From Bacteroidota bacterium (GTDB taxonomy: Bacteria > Bacteroidota > Bacteroidia > Bacteroidales > JAGONC01): DNA of 64,000 bases. The position numbers were made by a program, and so were the translations under genes. The notes below the pieces were generated by a model. That model ran no database searches. It saw only the letters and a program-made list of their open reading frames with translations, and was not told where the DNA came from. Positions 54,445-61,100 of the stretch are shown one piece after another. Location of the stretch: NCBI GenBank assembly GCA_022711405.1, contig JAKLFC010000005.1, positions 134,278 through 198,277 of the forward strand, written 5' to 3'. Each line of letters opens with the position of its first letter. Within the stretch, counting starts at the first letter, position 1.

Positions 54445-55826
54445 AATCAGTGAAGATCCCTGTGCTGATCCTTGACGATGAGCCTGAAATAGGCCGTGAG
54501 ATAAGGGAGTTCCTCACCGGCAGCAGCTACCGGGTCAACGTGGTACTCACACCATCGGAGGCATTTCGATTCCTGGAGAAGAATCCTGTGGAGATCGCGC
54601 TTCTTGACATCTGCCTGCCGGAGATGAGCGGCCTGGAGGTGCTCAGAAAGATCCGCCAGAAATATCCTTCCACCGAAGTGATCATGATGAGCGGCCATGG
54701 CGATATGGATTCGGTGATCATGTCGCTGCGGCTGGGTGCCGTCGACTTTTTCAAGAAACCGTTCCACATGCCGGAGATGCTGGAAACACTGGATAAGACC
54801 AAAAAACTGATCCACACCGTACGGCAGTCCAATGGCGATCATTTCCGCCATGTCCTGGATGAGGATTTCGGAAAGGAACCTGCCTCGCCGCTGATCGCTG
54901 TCAGCCAGGCCATGCAGGCCGTGGTGGACCAGATGCGGCTTGTCGCCCATTCCTCCGACACCACTGTCCTGATCACCGGCGAAAGCGGCACCGGCAAGGA
55001 GCTCATCGCCCGCGGCATCCATTACCTGAGCAGCCGAAGCGACAAGCCCTTTCATGCCGTCAACTGCTCCTCTGTGCCCGACGAGCTATTCGAAAGCGAA
55101 TTTTTCGGCTACCGGAAGGGTGCGTTCACGGGAGCCCTCACCGACAAGGCCGGGTGGTTCGAGGTCGCACACCAGGGATCTCTTTTCCTGGACGAGATTG
55201 CCGATATGAAACCCGGCCTGCAGGCCAAGCTGCTGCGCATCATGGATGACCGGAAGATCAGCCGGCTGGGTTCCACCACGCTGCAAGCCGTTGATATCCG
55301 TGTGATCGCCGCCACCAACCAGGACATCGAGCGGCTGGCGCGGGAGGGACAGTTCCGCTCCGACCTGTACCACCGGCTGAACGCTTTCTGCATCCACGTC
55401 CCTCCCCTTCGCGAGCGCCGCGAGGGTATCCCGCACCTGCTCCGGCATTTTGTCGAATGGTACTCCAGGAAGCTGAACCACGATGTTCCCCGGCTGGATC
55501 CTTCGATACAGGACGCCATGCTCCGGTACGATTTCCCCGGCAATGTCAGGGAGCTGAAACACATGGTGGAGCGGGCGCTGATCCTTTGCCAGGGCGAGAC
55601 GCTCACCTTCGATCATTTCGACCAGTTGAAGATCAAGCTGCAGGCCACCGGTGCTTTTCCGGCCCATGGCAGCGCCTCCCGGCGCCTGTGCACGACCGAG
55701 AAAGAATCCATCGAGGCCGCGCTGGCCGCCTCCGGCGGCAACAAGTCGAAGGCCGCACGGATGCTGGGGATATCGCGCCAGGCATTGGATAGAAAGATAG
55801 TTAAGCTGAAGATTCAGCTTCCTTAA
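54441..55826 (+). CDS. Sigma-54-dependent response regulator (REC + AAA+ with GAFTGA + Fis-type HTH; NtrC family)
   Basis: REC is LILDDEPEI...LLDICLPEMSG. Walker A is GESGTGKE. The sigma-54 contact loop is GAFTGA. The HTH is KSKAARMLGISRQALDRKI. 4-nt overlap with the kinase gene. Confidence 0.9.
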   Translation: MKSVKIPVLILDDEPEIGREIREFLTGSSYRVNVVLTPSEAFRFLEKNPVEIALLDICLPEMSGLEVLRKIRQKYPSTEVIMMSGHGDMDSVIMSLRLGAVDFFKKPFHMPEMLETLDKTKKLIHTVRQSNGDHFRHVLDEDFGKEPASPLIAVSQAMQAVVDQMRLVAHSSDTTVLITGESGTGKELIARGIHYLSSRSDKPFHAVNCSSVPDELFESEFFGYRKGAFTGALTDKAGWFEVAHQGSLFLDEIADMKPGLQAKLLRIMDDRKISRLGSTTLQAVDIRVIAATNQDIERLAREGQFRSDLYHRLNAFCIHVPPLRERREGIPHLLRHFVEWYSRKLNHDVPRLDPSIQDAMLRYDFPGNVRELKHMVERALILCQGETLTFDHFDQLKIKLQATGAFPAHGSASRRLCTTEKESIEAALAASGGNKSKAARMLGISRQALDRKIVKLKIQLP

Positions 55827-55875
55827 ATTCCAAATCACAAGCACCAAAATCCAAGCAAATTCCAAATTCCAGGAT

Positions 55876-57371
55876 ACGAGTGTTCAAAACATTAAAAACA
55901 AATATTTAAAGCATCCATTATCAATAAATGTTCTTTGACATTTTGAGAATTAAGGTTTAGCGTTGATAGCTATCGAAAAAACGTGTTTGGGTCTCCACCA
56001 CTCTGTTCAATCATGACATCATCGATGATATCGCCTAATTCGATGGCAAATCGTCTTTTAGCTGTTTTATAGCCAAACTCGTTAATTTTTTTGTAAATCA
56101 GGATTAACATCGCAAGAATCAGGGTCATGTAAAGGAGTATTTTAATTCCATTCTCATTGACGCTGATAAGGTGAGAAAAATTTAACTCCTGTTTGATAAA
56201 CCGGAAAAAGACTTCAATATCCCATCGGTGTTTGTATATCAGGATGATCTCCTGGCAGGTCAAATCAAACCGATTGGTCAGAAACCAGTATTGTATTCCT
56301 TTTGCGTTTTGTGTCTGGATTAATCGAAACGGATGTTCCAGCACATGATTTCCGGATCGATACAGGTATACGCACTGATCTTTCAAAACAGTAAGATTCC
56401 TGACAACAAGGCCTGGTGGAAAGGCAATATCATTCAAAACAACATGACGGGCATCTACCTGCAATCGGGTAACAAAGGAACAGTCATGTGTGTCCAGTTC
56501 GTAGAAGACATCACGGCTTGAAACACCCCTGTCAAAGACAAAAACATTGTCTTTGCTTTTATCCATGACCTTGAGGATGACTTTGGGGATGGTCAGGCTC
56601 TCGCAGATATACTTTTGTTGAGTAAAGATCTCTACGCTGCTGGGAAACATGTCTGTTAAACTGATGGTGTACTTGACCTGCTTTTTACCATCTTTTTTCA
56701 CCCCGACACGGATTCCCTGCTCAAGTTTGGCAGCGGTTTGACAAACCATGGTTGAATCAACCCGTGTAATCCTATAGTGTAGAGATAAAGTCGGTTCATC
56801 GTATAAAAGGCTGCATTGCTCATGGATGGCCTCATAAGCCTTCTCGAAATAACTGACATTCATGGTTGCCAACCGGGCAGAAAGAGAATTGTACCTGGCA
56901 TTCGGCGGGGTGCCAGGTAATTTGAACATAGCCTTAAATTTCCGGGAGTTGTAGAAGTCCTCCAGCGACCTTAGTCCCACTCGCTCCCCGGTAAGAAGTC
57001 CATATAACAATAAATTAAACACATTACGGCCATAGAGCTTTTTGACCTGATAATCCACCTTGGTTTCCTTAGCTAAATCAAGCAATAGATCATCCGGGAT
57101 GAGTTTTAACAGATCGCTGACTCCGATGCCATCTTCCTTGAACTTCATTATGGTAAAGAATAGCATCAAAGGTAATGACGAATAGTGTGGTAATCGACTC
57201 AAAATCAACAGATTTTATCAACACAGCATGAAACAAATTGTTGATAACCAGTGATTTAGATAAATATACACAGATAGATAGTTAATATCATCCTATATAT
57301 TGTTAACAACGCCTATTTTCTCAAAATGTCAAAGAACGTTAAGTATGATCTAGAATGTTTTGAACACTCGT
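55876..57371 (-). mobile_element. Complete IS4-family-like insertion sequence, 1496 bp
   Basis: The 18-bp terminal inverted repeats are perfect: ACGAGTGTTCAAAACATT (55876-55893) and AATGTTTTGAACACTCGT (57354-57371). An 11-bp direct repeat AATTCCAGGAT flanks it (55865-55875 and 57372-57382). There is a single transposase ORF. A second internal 20-bp inverted repeat GTTCTTTGACATTTTGAGAA lies at 55930-55949 / 57318-57337. Confidence 0.85.
55970..57208 (-). CDS. IS4-family DDE transposase
   Basis: 412-aa maximal ORF. The likely start is MKFKEDG at 57148. The N-terminal region DLLKLIPDDLLLDLAKETKVDYQVKKL and the C-terminal YKHRWDIEVFFRFIKQ (Y-x2-R-x3-E-x6-K-type signature) are typical of IS4 transposases. 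Confidence 0.8.
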   Translation of the reverse strand: MILSRLPHYSSLPLMLFFTIMKFKEDGIGVSDLLKLIPDDLLLDLAKETKVDYQVKKLYGRNVFNLLLYGLLTGERVGLRSLEDFYNSRKFKAMFKLPGTPPNARYNSLSARLATMNVSYFEKAYEAIHEQCSLLYDEPTLSLHYRITRVDSTMVCQTAAKLEQGIRVGVKKDGKKQVKYTISLTDMFPSSVEIFTQQKYICESLTIPKVILKVMDKSKDNVFVFDRGVSSRDVFYELDTHDCSFVTRLQVDARHVVLNDIAFPPGLVVRNLTVLKDQCVYLYRSGNHVLEHPFRLIQTQNAKGIQYWFLTNRFDLTCQEIILIYKHRWDIEVFFRFIKQELNFSHLISVNENGIKILLYMTLILAMLILIYKKINEFGYKTAKRRFAIELGDIIDDVMIEQSGGDPNTFFR

Positions 57372-57645
57372 AATTCCAGGATCCAAAAGCCAAATAAATT
57401 CCAGGATCCAAATTCCAAACGAAAGTCGCACTCCCATTACTTATCGTGGGAGTGGGATCATTTCATATTTTTTCCCTCCTCTGGTCAATCTCCTTCTCCT
57501 TTCACCTCAACTTCTATCTGGGTAATCAGTAATGGTTATTCCTCCTGCCCGTTTGCCCATTTCCGGGCATAAAAAATCGCCCGCTTCTTTCTCCTCTCTC
57601 CTCTCTCCTCTTTCCTTTCTCCTCTCATTCAACGCTTTACAAGCT

Positions 57646-57662
57646 TCGGCACAGTAATTGAC
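57646..57662 (+). promoter_or_regulatory. Candidate sigma-54 (-24/-12) promoter upstream of the pseudo-receiver/giant-protein genes
   Basis: tcGGCACagtaaTTGAc compares with the consensus TGGCAC-N5-TTGC(A/T). The -24 GG and the spacing are correct, but the -12 reads GA instead of GC. It lies 35 nt upstream of ATG 57696 and downstream of a sigma-54 activator gene. Confidence 0.3.
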
Positions 57663-57695
57663 TTTCCTGACCCCCAATTTTTATCCTTCACCCAT

Positions 57696-58031
57696 ATGAA
57701 AAGATCCCTTCTTTTCATAGGATACGATGCTCAGGTGGAGCAGGAGATCCGAGAGTCGTTATGCGATAAAGTATCCGAGTGTTTCTTTGTCCAGACACCT
57801 GTGGAGGCTATCCGCACGGTGGATGATCACGCGGTGGACTGCGTGGTGCTAAATTTTTCGGCTTTCAGCGACGCGTCGCTGATACGGTACTTCAGCCAGT
57901 ATCATCCGGGCATCCGGTTGGTGTTATCGGCCAGCAGGGAGTTCGACGAGGTGATCTCCATCTTCAGCGAGAGCACCTACTCGCGGTTGCCTCGTCCCTT
58001 CCGGCTGGAACAGCTGCGGGAGATGATTTAA
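57696..58031 (+). CDS. Stand-alone receiver-like protein with degenerate phosphorylation site (pseudo-receiver)
   Basis: 111 aa with a REC-like beta-alpha pattern. The beta-3 position reads CVVLNFS (Asn where the acceptor Asp is expected). The beta-1 end has a single acidic residue (GYD). The beta-5 region reads RPF instead of KPF. Confidence 0.55.
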   Translation: MKRSLLFIGYDAQVEQEIRESLCDKVSECFFVQTPVEAIRTVDDHAVDCVVLNFSAFSDASLIRYFSQYHPGIRLVLSASREFDEVISIFSESTYSRLPRPFRLEQLREMI

Positions 58032-58133
58032 AAATCAAAGATCAAAGAGCAAAGATCAAAGATCAAATAACAATGGAACAATCGAACAATGGATAACAAT
58101 TTAACAATTTAATATTTAACAATTTATAACAAG
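58032..58133. repeat. Simple-sequence spacer: CAAAGAT heptamer array followed by AACAAT(G/T)G/AACAATTT words
   Basis: The sequence is aaatcaaagatcaaagagcaaagatcaaagatcaaataacaatggaacaatcgaacaatggataacaatttaacaatttaatatttaacaatttataacaag. It lies between the pseudo-receiver stop and the giant ORF. Confidence 0.8.
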
Positions 58134-58174
58134 ATATAATCCAATCATTTAGAATCAACCCAAATCTTAGAATT

Positions 58175-61100
58175 ATGAAAAAGAATTTTACTCTTGTTAT
58201 GCTGACAGGTATGTTGATGTTCAGCATATTCAGTATTGCTCAAACTACGTACACATTTCCTGGCGGGACTTTAAGCGGATCCTTCGGAGTTTGGGGGGGT
58301 ACAGGTTATTTTTACCCACCCTCCTTCAATGTGAATGCACCCGGGGGGATTGATATTACATATTTTGATATTGATGTATCCCAATTTACGGAGGCAAATG
58401 TTTGGTCTACAAAAGGTGTCGCAGAACCTGGAATAAGTGGCTCAAATTTCATGAATAGTATTGATCCAGAGAATAATAGCGTATGGTGCAATATTTTAAA
58501 CATGGAAATTGCTTCTGGTGTCGATTGGGACGGTCACTCTTTATCAACTTTGGGTCCTGATGGAATCGTTGGGACATCTGACGATTCAAGACATCAGGGT
58601 ACTCAGGATTGGTACAGGAAAGCCACTGACGGTAAGATTGACGGTCCGGCTGCTGGTCCGTATTATAATAACGAAAGTTATGTAACGCCTAATCCACGCC
58701 ACCCTTCTGCAACGGCATACAGTGCTTCTCAATTGAACAGTTACGATTTTCGTTTACGGGTTTTGCCAACAGGAGGAAACACCTATACGTATGAGATGTG
58801 GTTCAGGATGCATAATTCTGCTGCTGAGGTTGAAGGAGCCTATTGGGCCTACAATACCGCACTTAATAACACAGCAAAACATGGGACCGATGCCTGGAGA
58901 AAATTTGCTCAAGGGCCGACGGATGTATTTCCTATAACAGATATTGATCTATCCTCAGTCTATGTTTTTATGGGTCTGGGGAATTTCGCAGATCCTGCCT
59001 CTCACTCACTAGCCTGGGGTCAGATACAGGTCACGGGCACTTATGCCGCACCTGCGGAGGTTTGGGTAGATGATGGCTATACTTCCAGCGGACCGAATGA
59101 CGGGCACTGGTGGGGATATGACGCATTTGCAACCATACAGGACGGTGTCAACGCGGTGGCCACGGGAGGTACGGTGAATGTGGCAGCGGGGACGTATACT
59201 GAGCAAATAAATGTAATAAAAGCAGTCATTATTAAAGGGAACAATGCCGGAGTAGCCGGTTGCGGAACAACAAGAAATACAGAATCAATCGTTAACGGAG
59301 GATTTTACCTTACCGCTGCAGCCACCATCGACGGATTTCATATTCAGAATGGATACCATTTCGGATCTTTTTATGACGGTCTAGCTGTAAATACCGACGA
59401 TGTAACCCTTCAAAACAACATCATCGAATTATGTGATGATGCTGCACAAGGCAATGGTATAGAGATGGTCAGCGGATCTGACAATCTGGATATCGTCGCG
59501 AATGATATCAGGAACAATTGGAGAGGGATTTATCTCAATCCTGCAACTGGCATTACTATTACTGCTAACTGCATTCACGACAATAACGGTTGCGGGGTTG
59601 GCATCGGTTCCGACGGACAAAACAACCTGACCGTTACCCACAATTTCTTTTACAATCAGACTGTGGAAGGATGGGGTGCCAGTGCAGTTGGAGCCAATGT
59701 GGTTGCGCATAACAACTCTTTCATCCAAAGCGGCACAGCCAAGATGGTTGCCCACTACGGTGGTTCTGCCATAGACGCCTCCTGCAACTGGTGGGGGTCA
59801 GCAAGTCCTGATTTTACAAGCCTGATCACTGGTTTAGTAAATGCTGACCCATGGTTGGTGGATGGGACGGACAACAGTGCTGAAATCGGATTTCAACCTT
59901 TGTATGACGCCTGTTCCGGTACAAATAATCCTGTGACCTATGCCGCCAAGGAAGTCAAGCCTACCGGCAGCATCAGCCTGCCCGTCATGGTGGATAATTT
60001 CAACAATGTGGCTGCTATCTCTTTGTACATGAACTTTGATCCCGCCATACTTACCTTTACAGGATTTACCCCGCATGGTTCCCTGCCGTCACTTACCGCC
60101 ACAAATCCTTCTTCAGGCCTGATCATTATCGGTTGGAACAATGGCGCCGCTGGGGTGACCATACCGGGCAGCAAAGTGGAAATTGTCATGCTCCATTTTA
60201 CTTTCGCCGGAGGCACTTCCCTGCTTGCGTGGGATGACACCGACGATTGGCCTTGCGAGTATGCCTATCCGGTCAGTTCCTGGGAAACAGCAGTGTATCC
60301 CGATGATCCTGCCTCCACTTATTACATTCCGGGCTGGGTGACCAACCTGGGGGTGACTTTCACCCGGACTTACACTCCGGCACCCGGGACCATCACGGCG
60401 GTACCCCAGGGAGGTACAAGTCCGTTTACTTATTCCTGGACAGGACCGGGTGGATTCACTGCCGGAAATACGGCAACCATAACCCCCACCAACGAGTATG
60501 GCGACTACGTGGTAACGGTGACCGACGCCCTCGGAGCAACAACAACGGGCACTTATTACTACGGCCCGGTGCATAATATCGATACATATATTGATTATGC
60601 GTTGCTGAATGATGCCATTGATGCTGCTGCCACTCTTGACGGGCACACCATCACCATGGATCCGGGCACTTATGTCGAAATCGGGCAAATTGTCGTGGAC
60701 AAGAATCTGACCATCATCGGTGACAGTAAGACGACAACCATCATCAAACCAAATGCAGATTATACATCATCTACCGACGGATGGATCAAGGTGGTTGGAG
60801 GAAAAACGCTGGATCTTTCCAATGTCCAGCTTGACGGTACAGGCTATAATATTTTTAATGCCATGTATTTCCTTGGAGATGGTAATGTCGATAACTGTAC
60901 CATCACAGACATACAATATCAACCTTCAGGGCCGGCTTACCGCGGGACAGGAATTCTGGTGGAAAATGGCTGCGATGTGGATATTACCGGTTGTGATTTT
61001 ACGTATATCGGACGTGACGGTATTCGCCACAGGGGTACAGGAGCCGTACAGAATAACACTTACACCGGCAAAGGTGCAGGCGATTGGATGGATTATTTTA

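Noticed and set aside
55086-55865. 259-aa minus-strand ORF antisense to the sigma-54 activator
   Set aside because: The plus-strand frame contains Walker A, GAFTGA and a Fis-type HTH. The antisense ORF is an artefact of GC-rich third positions.
57360-57572. 70-aa plus-strand ORF starting in the right end of the IS
   Set aside because: It begins inside the IS terminal inverted repeat and runs through simple-sequence DNA. Its translation is low-complexity, and it is probably non-coding regulatory DNA.
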